This document shows positions 40,275 to 50,339 of a stretch of 64,000 nucleotides of DNA, piece by piece. How positions within the stretch are numbered: position 1 is the stretch's first letter; every line of letters starts with the position of its first letter. A program made the position numbers and the translations under genes. Source of the stretch: Sedimentisphaerales bacterium (GTDB lineage: Bacteria > Planctomycetota > Phycisphaerae > Sedimentisphaerales > SM23-30). The stretch is taken from NCBI GenBank assembly GCA_963666285.1, contig OY762711.1. One strand, given 5' to 3'. Under the pieces are notes generated by a model. The model saw nothing but the letters and a program-made list of their open reading frames with translations, was not told where the DNA came from and did not search any database.

Positions 40275-40802
40275 CTATATATTTGTTGTTTTGTTTATAT
40301 CGATCCATTCTTTCAATTTAGTTTTATTATCACTCCGTCCGGAGCCATACAAAGCAATTGCCTGCCCAAAAATTGAACCCGGACACGCTTGCTGTATATC
40401 ATTTTCACAACGAGCCATTCCCCCTCCGCCATGAGTAATAAATGGGATAACTTTTTTCCCCTTCAAATCATGACTCACAAGAAAACTTAAAACCGGCGGC
40501 GCCATTGTATGCCACCAGTTTGGTGTACCAATATAAATAACCTCGTATTTACCAATATCTTTCAGCATACCTTCCAACTCCGGCTTAAAGTGATCAGCAC
40601 ATTCTTTTTTAGCTTGAGTCACACAGTCATTATATCCATCTGGATATGCTTTGACGGGCTTGATCTCAAAAACATTACCATTCGTAAGTTTCTCGATTTC
40701 TTCTGCCGCGAGCCTGGTATTACCGCTATGGGAAAAATAGGCTATCAATACTCCATTTTGCTTCACATCTGACAATTTATTTTCACTTGCTTTGAAATCC
40801 AT
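40275..40802 (-). CDS. Flavodoxin (Flavodoxin_4-like)
   Basis: AYFSHSGNT, IGTPNWW, PFITHGGGG. Confidence 0.9.
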   Translation of the reverse strand: MDFKASENKLSDVKQNGVLIAYFSHSGNTRLAAEEIEKLTNGNVFEIKPVKAYPDGYNDCVTQAKKECADHFKPELEGMLKDIGKYEVIYIGTPNWWHTMAPPVLSFLVSHDLKGKKVIPFITHGGGGMARCENDIQQACPGSIFGQAIALYGSGRSDNKTKLKEWIDINKTTNI

Positions 40803-40994
40803 TATGTCTTTTCCTTATTATAAGTACCCATATCTTCTATTATCTCACCTCATAAGTAGTATACGATATTAGAGCGGTAAAGTGGTATAACGATCCTATC
40901 TATTTCTTGCCTAAAAATACGAGGAAATGTATTTTTCTTGGTAAAATCAATAATTGATTATATAATTCATTAGAAAGGTTATAGGAGATTAAAC

Positions 40995-41927
40995 ATGGCA
41001 AACAACGAAAAACAAAGCACTTACAAAAAAAATAGTAACATCGACCACTATTTGGAGCTAAAAAACTTAATTGCACAATTAACCAGCAAAGGCGAATTAC
41101 ACACTACCTTAATACCGGAACTCTCATTATTTCGCCGAGACGAGCCAACCCAGATGGTTGCCAGCTTGTACGAACCGAGCATATGCCTGGTGATCCAGGG
41201 AGCAAAACGAGTATTCCTGGGAGATGAAACATATGAGTACAACACCTCCCGCTACTTGATAACCTCAGTAAATCTGCCCGCCACTGTACAGGTCATCGAA
41301 GCCAGCCCGGAAAAACCGTATCTCGGTCTAAAACTAAATCTTAACAGACATGAAATATCAAAGATGATGGTTAACTGCAACCTGCCTTCGCCGAAAGAAC
41401 AGAAGTCAAACCGCGGCATGGCAACCGGCGAATTAACACTCCCGCTACTGACATCTTTCCAAAGACTGGTTGACCTGCTGAACCATCCTGACGATATACC
41501 TATCCTCTCTCCATTGATCCAGAAAGAAATTATTTATCGCCTGCTGACCGGTGAACAAGGCACACGCCTGCGTCAGATCGCATCTGCCGGCAGCCAGAGC
41601 CATCATATGGCCACAGTTATCGATTGGCTCAATGACAATTTTAAGAAACAGATCACTATCGATGAATTAACAGACAAAGCGTGTATGAGCACATCAACCT
41701 TCCACCATCATTTCAAATCTATTACCGCTATGAGCCCACTGCAGTATATAAAAACATTAAGACTGCATGAAGCTCGCAGGTTAATGCTTATGGAGGATAT
41801 TGATGCCGCACACGCATCATTTCATGTAGGATATGACAGCCCTTCGCAGTTCAGCCGGGAATATAAACGACAGTTCGGCGAATCTCCGCAAAAAGACATT
41901 AAAAACCTCAGCAAGGAATTTAACTAG
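40995..41927 (+). CDS. AraC family transcriptional regulator (YqhC-like, AraC_N domain)
   Basis: YEPSICLVIQGAK, ASPEKPYL, MSPLQYIK..RLHEARRLM, VGYDSPSQFSREYKR; divergent from the flavodoxin/CMD/ADH operon. Confidence 0.93.
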   Translation: MANNEKQSTYKKNSNIDHYLELKNLIAQLTSKGELHTTLIPELSLFRRDEPTQMVASLYEPSICLVIQGAKRVFLGDETYEYNTSRYLITSVNLPATVQVIEASPEKPYLGLKLNLNRHEISKMMVNCNLPSPKEQKSNRGMATGELTLPLLTSFQRLVDLLNHPDDIPILSPLIQKEIIYRLLTGEQGTRLRQIASAGSQSHHMATVIDWLNDNFKKQITIDELTDKACMSTSTFHHHFKSITAMSPLQYIKTLRLHEARRLMLMEDIDAAHASFHVGYDSPSQFSREYKRQFGESPQKDIKNLSKEFN

Positions 41928-41976
41928 ACCTCTTTCCGATTATACTGATACTGAAATTACATTGTTGCAGCCAATA

Positions 41977-42002
41977 ACATTCCCAGGCATGCATTATATT
42001 TG
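41977..42002 (+). repeat. 26-bp exact direct repeat (module right-end sequence), copy 1
   Basis: ACATTCCCAGGCATGCATTATATTTG, identical to 56291-56316. Confidence 0.9.
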
Positions 42003-42033
42003 AATAAACTCAACGGTTAACATAAGCATAAAA

Positions 42034-43038
42034 TCACCGAGGTTCAATATACTTAATCAACTCTTCACATTTTGCATTACTAAAATCTAAATTACTGCTA
42101 ATTGAATATAAAGCATATAGTGACGGGTCAGTGAATGGCTTTTTCAAATCCAAAATATTCGACATGGTCGATATAATCCAACCACAAAGTATCCCCACCC
42201 ACATAGGCAAATAAATAGTTCTAAAATGTTTCTCAGGCATATACCGCTTCGCTATCATACGATAATAACCATCTATACTTACATTCTCCGACTCCAACAC
42301 ATTAAAGGCCTGACCATTGGCCTGGCAAAGCGAAACAGCAGCAAATATTGCTCGGGCTAGATAATCAACATGCACCAACGGCCAGCGATTTTTCCCTTTC
42401 CATTTACCAAAATGCAATATAATAGGACTTTTTCTAAGAAAATCAACCGTACGTTTGGTTAATGTTGGATCATCATCACCCCAAACCGCAGCAGGACGAA
42501 CTATACAATACTTATCCTTCGGCATATGTAATTCTATCCATTTTTCAGCAAGTATCTTATACTTCGGGTAAAAATTCTTCGCCTTATCATCAAAAGCAAG
42601 CTCTGACTCACCTTCTCCCGAAAAATCCCGCATGCCGTACACATCAGTTGTCGATATAAAGACAAACTTACCAACCTCGTTTTCCAGGCAGATTTTTACT
42701 AAATGCTGAATTGACTCATAGTTGGTTTTTCGAAAATGCACTTCCCTACCAACATCAGATGCACGCCCGGCACAATGCACAATTGCAGTTAACGGAACAT
42801 TAGCATCAGTCATACATTTTACAACCACTTCATGCATTGAATCATAGCTGCAAATGTCGCCAGACAATAAACTGACATTCCCTTTTCTTTCTAATCCATC
42901 AAGCCAGTCTGGAATATGCTGATGCGTTAACGCGTATACATACCAGCCGCGTTTAACAAACTCCAAAACAGCATGAGAACCAATAAAACCACCGGCACCA
43001 GTTACAAGCACAACCTTATCAGAACGTCTTCCAATCAC
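42034..43038 (-). CDS. NAD-dependent epimerase/dehydratase (extended SDR, 3-beta-HSD-like)
   Basis: VTGAGGFIG, VHCAG, ISTTDVYG, YPKYK (YxxxK), RPAAVWG. Confidence 0.88.
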   Translation of the reverse strand: MIGRRSDKVVLVTGAGGFIGSHAVLEFVKRGWYVYALTHQHIPDWLDGLERKGNVSLLSGDICSYDSMHEVVVKCMTDANVPLTAIVHCAGRASDVGREVHFRKTNYESIQHLVKICLENEVGKFVFISTTDVYGMRDFSGEGESELAFDDKAKNFYPKYKILAEKWIELHMPKDKYCIVRPAAVWGDDDPTLTKRTVDFLRKSPIILHFGKWKGKNRWPLVHVDYLARAIFAAVSLCQANGQAFNVLESENVSIDGYYRMIAKRYMPEKHFRTIYLPMWVGILCGWIISTMSNILDLKKPFTDPSLYALYSISSNLDFSNAKCEELIKYIEPR

Positions 43039-43039
43039 T

Positions 43040-44296
43040 TTAGATTACCCTGTATTTCTTACCTGTTTCAATAATAATATCGGCAGCTCTACTTAACTGC
43101 TCTTTACTAAAACTACTCATTACACATATTCGCACACGAGCTTCCTTGTGCCTTACTGCAGGATAACTAACTATATTTGTATACACACCATCCTCAAATA
43201 ATTGCCTGTGAAATAACGCTAATTTCTCATCATCTCCTATTATAAGAGGAATTATACCGGAATTGCTTACACCAATTTCAAATCCTGCTTTTTGCAGAAT
43301 AGCCTTAAGGAAATAAATGTTTTCCCAGAGCCTGCTACGACCAGCCTTATCTTCACTAAGTAATTTAAATACCTCGACAAGGCCTGCAGCAATTGGTGCA
43401 GGTAAAGCAGTAGAAAAGAAATACGAACGAACATAAATTCTCAAATAATCTATAATCTCTTTTTTACCCGCACAATACCCACCGAGACCAGCAGGAGCCT
43501 TACTTAACATACCCACATGCATATCCACTTTATCCATAACACCATAATACTCAGCAGTTCCCCTGCCGGTAGGGCCAACTACTCCTATGCCATGAGCATC
43601 ATCAACCATCAAACGACAACGATATTCTCCTGCCAGCTCTGCAATTTCATCCAGCCTGGCCATATCACCATGCATAGAAAAGACACCATCGGTAACAATA
43701 AGTTTACCGCCATTATTACTGTCGCATTTTTCCAATATACGCCTCAAACAGCGAATATTACCATGAGGATATATCTTTATTCCTGCCCCTGAAAGCATTG
43801 CCCCATCAAATATTGATGCATGATTAGCAGAATCGTTAATTATAATATCACTCTTGCCGCACATAGCTGATATTACGCCCACATTAGTACCATAACCAGA
43901 TGGAAATACAATCGCATCCTCAGAACTATAAAAGTCTGCTATCTGTCCCTCTAACTGCTCGTGCAAATCCGTCAGACCGGCATAAAGAGAAACTGCACCC
44001 ATACCATAACCATATTTATCTATCGCTTCTTTTGCGGCTTTGATTACAACTGGATGACTATTCAGATTAAGGTATGAATTAGAACCAAGCATATAGACTT
44101 CTCTCTTACCACCCTTCTGCTCAATTTCCACTTCCGGCCGAGCATACGAACTAACTACATGACCTAAACCATCAAGTAAACCTTCCGGAGTTTCTCTCAG
44201 GCACCTTGCCAGTTCATATGCCTTATAGAATATATCATTATTTGCCACTTCGACAAAATCTTCAAAACTTTTCTTTTCAACCGTAGTATTCTTCAT
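43040..44296 (-). CDS. Alpha-oxoamine synthase family PLP enzyme (serine palmitoyltransferase/BioF/Kbl-like)
   Basis: GSNSYL, SGYGTN, NHASI, DGVFSMHG, DDAHG, GMLSKA (PLP lysine), FSTALP, YPAV...ARVR. Confidence 0.9.
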   Translation of the reverse strand: MKNTTVEKKSFEDFVEVANNDIFYKAYELARCLRETPEGLLDGLGHVVSSYARPEVEIEQKGGKREVYMLGSNSYLNLNSHPVVIKAAKEAIDKYGYGMGAVSLYAGLTDLHEQLEGQIADFYSSEDAIVFPSGYGTNVGVISAMCGKSDIIINDSANHASIFDGAMLSGAGIKIYPHGNIRCLRRILEKCDSNNGGKLIVTDGVFSMHGDMARLDEIAELAGEYRCRLMVDDAHGIGVVGPTGRGTAEYYGVMDKVDMHVGMLSKAPAGLGGYCAGKKEIIDYLRIYVRSYFFSTALPAPIAAGLVEVFKLLSEDKAGRSRLWENIYFLKAILQKAGFEIGVSNSGIIPLIIGDDEKLALFHRQLFEDGVYTNIVSYPAVRHKEARVRICVMSSFSKEQLSRAADIIIETGKKYRVI

Positions 44297-44350
44297 TTAC
44301 ACACCTCTCAATCCTCAATCATTCCATCTAAAATATAATGTACACGGTAT

Positions 44351-45547
44351 TTACTGACAATAACATTGCAACATTGACTTGCTATCACAATTAACAGCAC
44401 ACAAATTACAATTTGTACATTTAGACTTTTTCCAATTATTTTCCGCAATTTTACTAACAATATCCGGCTCGCAGATAAACGGCCGACACATACTAATAAT
44501 CGGAAGCTTAAAATCATTAACAATCTTTTGAATACTTTCAAGCGACCGTATTCCGCCAACAGCAAATACCGGCATGGAAGTAGATTCACTAATTTCTCTG
44601 GCTGCTGCCAGGTTATAATTCTCACTAAATGGTATAAAATGTTGCAGATAACTTTTTAACCTGAATCTTCGCCACACAGCCCGGATAATACCTGGCATTT
44701 TATTAAACAAAGGATTTACTTCAAAGACTTTACCAACAGGACAACCTCCCCTGAAAATATTCATTGCATATTCCATCGTGCCATAGCTGATCTCAACAGC
44801 ATCTGCTAATCCCTCTAATTGCTTAACCGTTTGTATTGTATCGGAAACTCTTAGCCCTCTATCATCACTATGGCTTAATTTAACCAGCACCGGATAACTT
44901 TCATCACATCTTTCCTTTATTTTACGTAATATTTCACAAAGCAGTAAACTGCGTTTACCCCACCTGTCATTCCTGTTGTTAGTATAAGGCGACAAAAACT
45001 GGTGTATCAGATATCCGTGAGCTGCATGAACCTGAATACCATCAAAACCTGCAATCTTGGCTCGACTTGCAGCCCTGGCAAAATCATCGATTATGGCTGA
45101 GATTTCAGCATCTGCCAGCATTCTCACTTTTTGCCGAAAATAACTGCACCTTTTACTACCGGCCCCTACAACTCCACAATTACTCACACTACTTAATGTC
45201 TGCCGACCAGTGTGAGCAATCTGCATTATCATTTTAACCTCAGGATACTCCCGCTTAACTTCACTGATTACTTTTTGCCAGGCCGTACAATGTCCTTCCG
45301 AAGCAATTCCAGCCTGATACCGCTGCATAGCTCGCCCCTGCCGACTGACATAACAAAAACCTGTAGCAATCGCACCAACACCACCGGCAGAAAGTCGCTT
45401 ATACAAATCAGCAAGCTTCTGAGATACTATTCCATCACTATCTGCCATGCCCTCATAAGTGGCTGATCGCATAAAACGGTTATCAACAGTAAGACTACCA
45501 AGCTTAACCTGTGTAAATAATAATTCCTTATTTGAACACACGATCAA
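44351..45547 (-). CDS. NADH:flavin oxidoreductase (old yellow enzyme family)
   Basis: NRFMRSATYEG, QIAHTGRQ, GFDGIQVHAAHGYLIHQFLSP, VGGIRS, C-terminal CTNCNLC. Confidence 0.9.
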   Translation of the reverse strand: MIVCSNKELLFTQVKLGSLTVDNRFMRSATYEGMADSDGIVSQKLADLYKRLSAGGVGAIATGFCYVSRQGRAMQRYQAGIASEGHCTAWQKVISEVKREYPEVKMIMQIAHTGRQTLSSVSNCGVVGAGSKRCSYFRQKVRMLADAEISAIIDDFARAASRAKIAGFDGIQVHAAHGYLIHQFLSPYTNNRNDRWGKRSLLLCEILRKIKERCDESYPVLVKLSHSDDRGLRVSDTIQTVKQLEGLADAVEISYGTMEYAMNIFRGGCPVGKVFEVNPLFNKMPGIIRAVWRRFRLKSYLQHFIPFSENYNLAAAREISESTSMPVFAVGGIRSLESIQKIVNDFKLPIISMCRPFICEPDIVSKIAENNWKKSKCTNCNLCAVNCDSKSMLQCYCQ

Positions 45548-46490
45548 CCAACTCCAAAATCATGTTAATATATTCAGCCTTGTTAGTTATTTCTCTTGCA
45601 CAAGGCGGAATACTTTTAAGCTTTGAAAAATTACCGTTAGTATTAAAAAATATTCCATGATCGCTAGATTGTTTCACTCTTCCGATCCTGACTGAATCCA
45701 TTTCAGGCATCACCCCAACCGGTAAAGTAAACATCAACTCATATTCTCCAGCTCCGCCAAACAAAAATGCCTGCGGTGCGACCCCATTTTCTTTACAAAA
45801 TACCAATACTTCCTTATCAATGGGCAGTTCATCAGTCTGAATAGAAAATTCCAAATCAGGATTATTACCTGCAAGCGTCCATAATGAATCAATAAAACCA
45901 CCACTGGTATCAATACAACCCAATGCGTTTTTCCTGATATATTCGGCTTCGATCTTTCGCAATTCAAAAGCAGGAACCGGTTTCTCCAGCAAAGCTGCCA
46001 GGTTCGCATCACATAAACTTCCGGTAACCCATAACTCCTGCTCAATCAAAGGTAATTTTCGAGATAAATATTTCTCACCATCCAGCTCTCCAATAGCCGT
46101 TGCAGTATACCGCCAATTTGCGCCGAATCCCAGATCTCCACCTATAAGGCAGCACCCGGCATTCTCCAATACTCTACTAACCCCAACTGATAATTCGGTG
46201 GAAAATTCAACATTACCGCCCTTAGACAGCACAATTGCATGAATATAATATTTTGGAATTGCACCACAGGCATACAGATCGCTGAGAACAGCAATTGCCA
46301 TATTACTCCCTAACACAGCAGCCCCAGGATCGCCGAACATATCTTCATCGGAAAACTCATCCATTGTAACCGCAATATTGCCGCCAGATACTTTTACAAT
46401 TTCCGCATCACATTCAAAAGATTTATTCAGCTGATCATCACTGCGATCGAACTGGCCAAGTATATTCTCAATTATTGCTTGTTCACGCAT
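45528..46490 (-). CDS. Thiamine-monophosphate-kinase (ThiL)/AIR-synthase-like ATP-dependent enzyme
   Basis: AVTMD, LSDLYACGA, LIGGD, WVTGSL, CIDTSGG, GGAGEYELMFT resemble divergent ThiL motifs. Confidence 0.72.
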   Translation of the reverse strand: MREQAIIENILGQFDRSDDQLNKSFECDAEIVKVSGGNIAVTMDEFSDEDMFGDPGAAVLGSNMAIAVLSDLYACGAIPKYYIHAIVLSKGGNVEFSTELSVGVSRVLENAGCCLIGGDLGFGANWRYTATAIGELDGEKYLSRKLPLIEQELWVTGSLCDANLAALLEKPVPAFELRKIEAEYIRKNALGCIDTSGGFIDSLWTLAGNNPDLEFSIQTDELPIDKEVLVFCKENGVAPQAFLFGGAGEYELMFTLPVGVMPEMDSVRIGRVKQSSDHGIFFNTNGNFSKLKSIPPCAREITNKAEYINMILELVDRVFK

Positions 46491-47400
46491 ATTCTATCCC
46501 TAACAGTTCGATTGCCCCCGGAACGATTTTCGCTTTAACAGGTAAATACCCCTTACTATCTCCATCAAATTCAACCTTTACTGAACCTGACCCATACACT
46601 TCAAGTTTCACAAACTCACTTAACCAGAGTTTTCCTTCTACCTCCAGCTTCTTAAGCGTAAACAAATCTCCTTTATAAAACTCTGGCAGAAGTTTCAACA
46701 ACCCCATTTTCCCTTTTGCCATTATCGCTAAAACATAAGCTTTCCCATCATCAGCAGAGATATCCAAACCAACTTTAATGCCTGAAGCTATATATGGATT
46801 CTTTATTATCATTATGTGAATACATGATTTTAAACTCTGCTTTTCCCCATCAACCATTACATCCAGATCATGTGGCTTATTCACTAGCAATGCTTTTATC
46901 AAACCGAATAATGTACCAAGTCTGTCACCAAAATATTTCCTGTACTTATTAGAAAAATCTGCAACATCTGACCCTAAACCAATATTTGAACTGCAGCCAA
47001 AATACCCTGTTGCGGCTTTACCGCTTTTATCTTTATATTCAATCTGAACCAGGTCAATCTTACTGCTCCTTTCACTCAAAATCACATCCACAGCCTTACC
47101 TGGCTCAACAGGCAAATTATGAAATTTGCAGAAATCAGGACTTGTGCCAGAATATAAAACTCCCATAATGCGGTTCTTTTCTCTCTGCATCACACCATTT
47201 ATGACCTCATTTATCATCCCATCACCGCCAACCGCAACTGCAATTTCCTCATTTGCCGCGGCAATCTCTGTAGCATGCCCTGGATATTCCGTTTCCATCT
47301 GACCAAAATCAACTTTAGATTTTCGCAATCTATCCAACATCACCGGCCAGAGCTTTCTCCCTTTGCCGAATCTTGAATGTGAACACATTATAAGCAGCAT
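46483..47400 (-). CDS. Diacylglycerol/sphingosine kinase family (YegS/DgkB-like) lipid kinase
   Basis: ETEYPGHA, AVGGDGMINEVING, SGTSPDF, DDG, EFDGD. Confidence 0.85.
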   Translation of the reverse strand: MLLIMCSHSRFGKGRKLWPVMLDRLRKSKVDFGQMETEYPGHATEIAAANEEIAVAVGGDGMINEVINGVMQREKNRIMGVLYSGTSPDFCKFHNLPVEPGKAVDVILSERSSKIDLVQIEYKDKSGKAATGYFGCSSNIGLGSDVADFSNKYRKYFGDRLGTLFGLIKALLVNKPHDLDVMVDGEKQSLKSCIHIMIIKNPYIASGIKVGLDISADDGKAYVLAIMAKGKMGLLKLLPEFYKGDLFTLKKLEVEGKLWLSEFVKLEVYGSGSVKVEFDGDSKGYLPVKAKIVPGAIELLGIEYA

Positions 47401-48704
47401 TATTTCCCACCATTCATATTTCTACGGTATATCCCAAGTTTCTTATAAAGCTTAGTCTCCTTACCCCTATCCCATTTCCCAACCAATTCCCTGGTATATT
47501 TCCAGGGTACAGGAGTGTGTGTAAGACCATACTTTTCAACAAGCCCGGCAATCCCCTCAGCCTGGCTGCAGCAGAGCCAATCTTCACATGGATAAGGGAA
47601 ACAACTCCTCATACGATCAAAAACCTCATCAAAACCCTCTTCGACGATATTTCCAAATGAAATATTCAGGAATTCACATGGCTGCATTTCACCTGCGGCA
47701 TTAATATAGAATCTGTCAATTGCTCCGGCAGTACAACCAAGGCCATCTGGCCGTTCTTCAAACACCTGGGCAGCCAGGGCAGGAAACTCCTTTTTGCATG
47801 ATGAGTTATATTCTTTATGCTTATCTCGAACTGCCTCAATATGCCTTTTATGCTGAACAATATCTTTACCTGAAGCCAGCCACTTCCCTGCTGGTTTTGG
47901 ATGGATAAGCTGCACAAACTGAACATCAAGTTTTTTGGCAAGCTCCATCAACCTGTCCAACTTACCACAATCCAGCTGTTGGGCTGTTAAAACACTATTA
48001 ATTGCTATCACAAGCCCAAGTTCTCTTGCCATACCAATTGCGTTACATGCTGCATTAAAAGAACCTTCAACGCCGGTAAACAAATCATGCTCAACTGCAT
48101 CAGGTGAATGTATAGAAACCATCAGTCCAAAAAGTCCTTTACCCTGCAACTCCAGAAGTTGCTCCCTGCTCACTGACCTGCCATGAGTATTTACCCATAC
48201 CTCACTTTTGTCGTCAAAAACTTCTAAAAGCTTACTCAAACGGTCAAATAGCAAAAATGGCTCCCCACCTTCAATATCAAACATAGCTACACCCTTTTCA
48301 CGCAGCTTTATTGCGACTTGCTGAAGATGCTCAAGAGCAATATCATTACCTCCATCTTTTCGCTGATAACAATGTGGACAATGGAAATCGCATGCACGCG
48401 TCATACTGTAAACAATTGTTACCGGTCGTGCCGGGCTATGGATAAGCTTTGATTCGATTGCATGAAAGAAAGCACCGGTTGGATATGCTGGCAAATATAA
48501 ATGAATTTTATAACCACTGGGGACTTTCACAGGCTTATCCGGCCAGAAAGTTTTTAACAATATTGATGCACGCCATAAAAAACTGGGATATCTTTTGGGA
48601 TTAACCCTAAACATGTAGTAAAACATCACATGCAATGCTATTCGAACATATAGCATTAGTTTTGGCACCCCGGTTATTTGCCTGGTCTGGTTAGTATATT
48701 TCAT
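47400..48704 (-). CDS. Radical SAM enzyme with twitch/SPASM-like C-terminal domain
   Basis: CDFHCPHC (CxxxCxxC), EGGEP, GCTAG..RFYINAAGEMQPCEF, CEDWLCC. Confidence 0.9.
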   Translation of the reverse strand: MKYTNQTRQITGVPKLMLYVRIALHVMFYYMFRVNPKRYPSFLWRASILLKTFWPDKPVKVPSGYKIHLYLPAYPTGAFFHAIESKLIHSPARPVTIVYSMTRACDFHCPHCYQRKDGGNDIALEHLQQVAIKLREKGVAMFDIEGGEPFLLFDRLSKLLEVFDDKSEVWVNTHGRSVSREQLLELQGKGLFGLMVSIHSPDAVEHDLFTGVEGSFNAACNAIGMARELGLVIAINSVLTAQQLDCGKLDRLMELAKKLDVQFVQLIHPKPAGKWLASGKDIVQHKRHIEAVRDKHKEYNSSCKKEFPALAAQVFEERPDGLGCTAGAIDRFYINAAGEMQPCEFLNISFGNIVEEGFDEVFDRMRSCFPYPCEDWLCCSQAEGIAGLVEKYGLTHTPVPWKYTRELVGKWDRGKETKLYKKLGIYRRNMNGGK

Positions 48705-48707
48705 TTT

Positions 48708-49694
48708 CTACGCCTTCGTATCACCATAATGACTGAAGAAAAACTGGATCAATATATAACTTGCAATCATAAGATATAATGCCAGAGTCCCATCAAAAAT
48801 TGCTATCAGGGAAACCTGCCCAGCAACACATGCCTGTATATTTGTTACAAGACTGAAATACGTTTTTTGCCCGTACGGGTTAGTAAAAAACAGATATGCT
48901 GTCCAACATTGCAAAAACAATGTCACCAGACAGCAAAACAAAAATGTCTTCTGATACAGAATTGACTCCACTGGAAGCCAATCTATTGTTATAAAAAACA
49001 CTAATGCTATCGCTGATATAAATGCTCCAATAATCCCGGCATAGCGACCTATATTTATACCATACCGTACAATAAAAGTCTTTTTCCCCGCAGCTTTATC
49101 GCCTTGATAATCTTTGAAATATGTATAATACGTCATTACCGCATTTAATATTGCTACTAATATTAAACCTGTTATCCTGTTACTTGTGAAAAATGGGTCC
49201 AATAGCGGACCACACGCCAGGAAACCATACGCCGTACACATGGATATCATAATACCAAAAACAATATTTCCTGTCAGGCTCCACGCTTTTGCATATTCAT
49301 ATAAAACATTTAACAATATACCTAAAACTGCCGGAATAATTGCCCAGGGATTCAATAGCCAACTTATAAATATCATAAATATAAGAAAAAAAATAGTTAC
49401 TACTAATGCACATTTGGGATCCAACTCACCTGTCACCATAGGCCTGTTAGGAGCATTGATTTTATCTTCTTCCAATCCAAGATAATCATTAATGATCTGA
49501 TTAATTCCCCAGCTCAAAAAAAGCATAGCTAATATCAGCATCAGCCTTTCATTAGATACAGCTCCATCCACCTTAAAATTATAAAAAGACACACCCACCC
49601 AACCTGCTATCCCTGTAACAAAAGCATAGTATAATCGCATTGACTTTATGTACGCCTTTGTAAAACCCATAACTTTTTTCAATTCTAACTCCAT
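48708..49694 (-). CDS. UbiA-family membrane prenyltransferase
   Basis: NQIINDYLGLEEDKINAPNRPMVTG and FKDYQGDKAAGKKT motifs; multiple TM helices. Start at 49694 behind GAGG. Confidence 0.88.
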   Translation of the reverse strand: MELELKKVMGFTKAYIKSMRLYYAFVTGIAGWVGVSFYNFKVDGAVSNERLMLILAMLFLSWGINQIINDYLGLEEDKINAPNRPMVTGELDPKCALVVTIFFLIFMIFISWLLNPWAIIPAVLGILLNVLYEYAKAWSLTGNIVFGIMISMCTAYGFLACGPLLDPFFTSNRITGLILVAILNAVMTYYTYFKDYQGDKAAGKKTFIVRYGINIGRYAGIIGAFISAIALVFFITIDWLPVESILYQKTFLFCCLVTLFLQCWTAYLFFTNPYGQKTYFSLVTNIQACVAGQVSLIAIFDGTLALYLMIASYILIQFFFSHYGDTKA

Positions 49695-49749
49695 TTTTCT
49701 ATCCTCAAATTCCAAAAAACTCTCATAAAAACACCAAAATAATATCCAA

Positions 49750-50322
49750 CTATAGATTCAGTATGTTTTTATCCAACATTTTCTCTCTCATCGAATCACC
49801 AAAAAGCTCTAAGTGTTTGCCTATTGTTATCATTGTCCCAATCCCAATCAAACGCCATGCTGTCGATTCTGCAAAATCTGTAACATCCTGCTTATTATTC
49901 CCATAATAACTTAAAATCATATCAACCAGGTACCTGTGAATACGATTATACATTTCTTGCAGCACTTTTTTTATATCCGGCTCATCTACCTCATTTAAGC
50001 CGGAAAAGATAATCATATAATGCCCCAATTCGGCAAAATGGGTTGATTCATAATCAAACAGTACTTCAAGCGGCTTGTTCTCCTGAAGCGTTTTGGATAT
50101 TTGCCTTTCCCAAATCTCAAGAATATTATCCGTCAGATATTTCACAGAAGCGACAAACATTGCCTTTTTGTCTTCCCATAATCGATAAAGTATCGCTTCC
50201 TTCACCCCACATTCATTGGCAATCGCAGACGTAGTCGCACGGCGATATCCAAGACACGCAAAAGCCTTAGCCACTAATGGAAGCATTTCTTTACGCTTTT
50301 CATATCTTTTATCTGTTTTCAT
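49750..50322 (-). CDS. TetR/AcrR family transcriptional regulator
   Basis: FACLGYRRATTSAIANECGVKEAILYRLWEDKKAMF HTH. Confidence 0.92.
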   Translation of the reverse strand: MKTDKRYEKRKEMLPLVAKAFACLGYRRATTSAIANECGVKEAILYRLWEDKKAMFVASVKYLTDNILEIWERQISKTLQENKPLEVLFDYESTHFAELGHYMIIFSGLNEVDEPDIKKVLQEMYNRIHRYLVDMILSYYGNNKQDVTDFAESTAWRLIGIGTMITIGKHLELFGDSMREKMLDKNILNL

Positions 50323-50339
50323 TCTTAAATCCTCAAAAC

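Noticed and set aside
43040..46490. Biotin (bioF) and thiamine (thiL) biosynthesis genes
   Set aside because: No other bio or thi genes nearby, the ThiL motifs are divergent, and the context is lipid-modifying enzymes. Family-level calls were kept without gene symbols; a CqsA-like autoinducer synthase role is also unsupported because no sensor kinase is adjacent.
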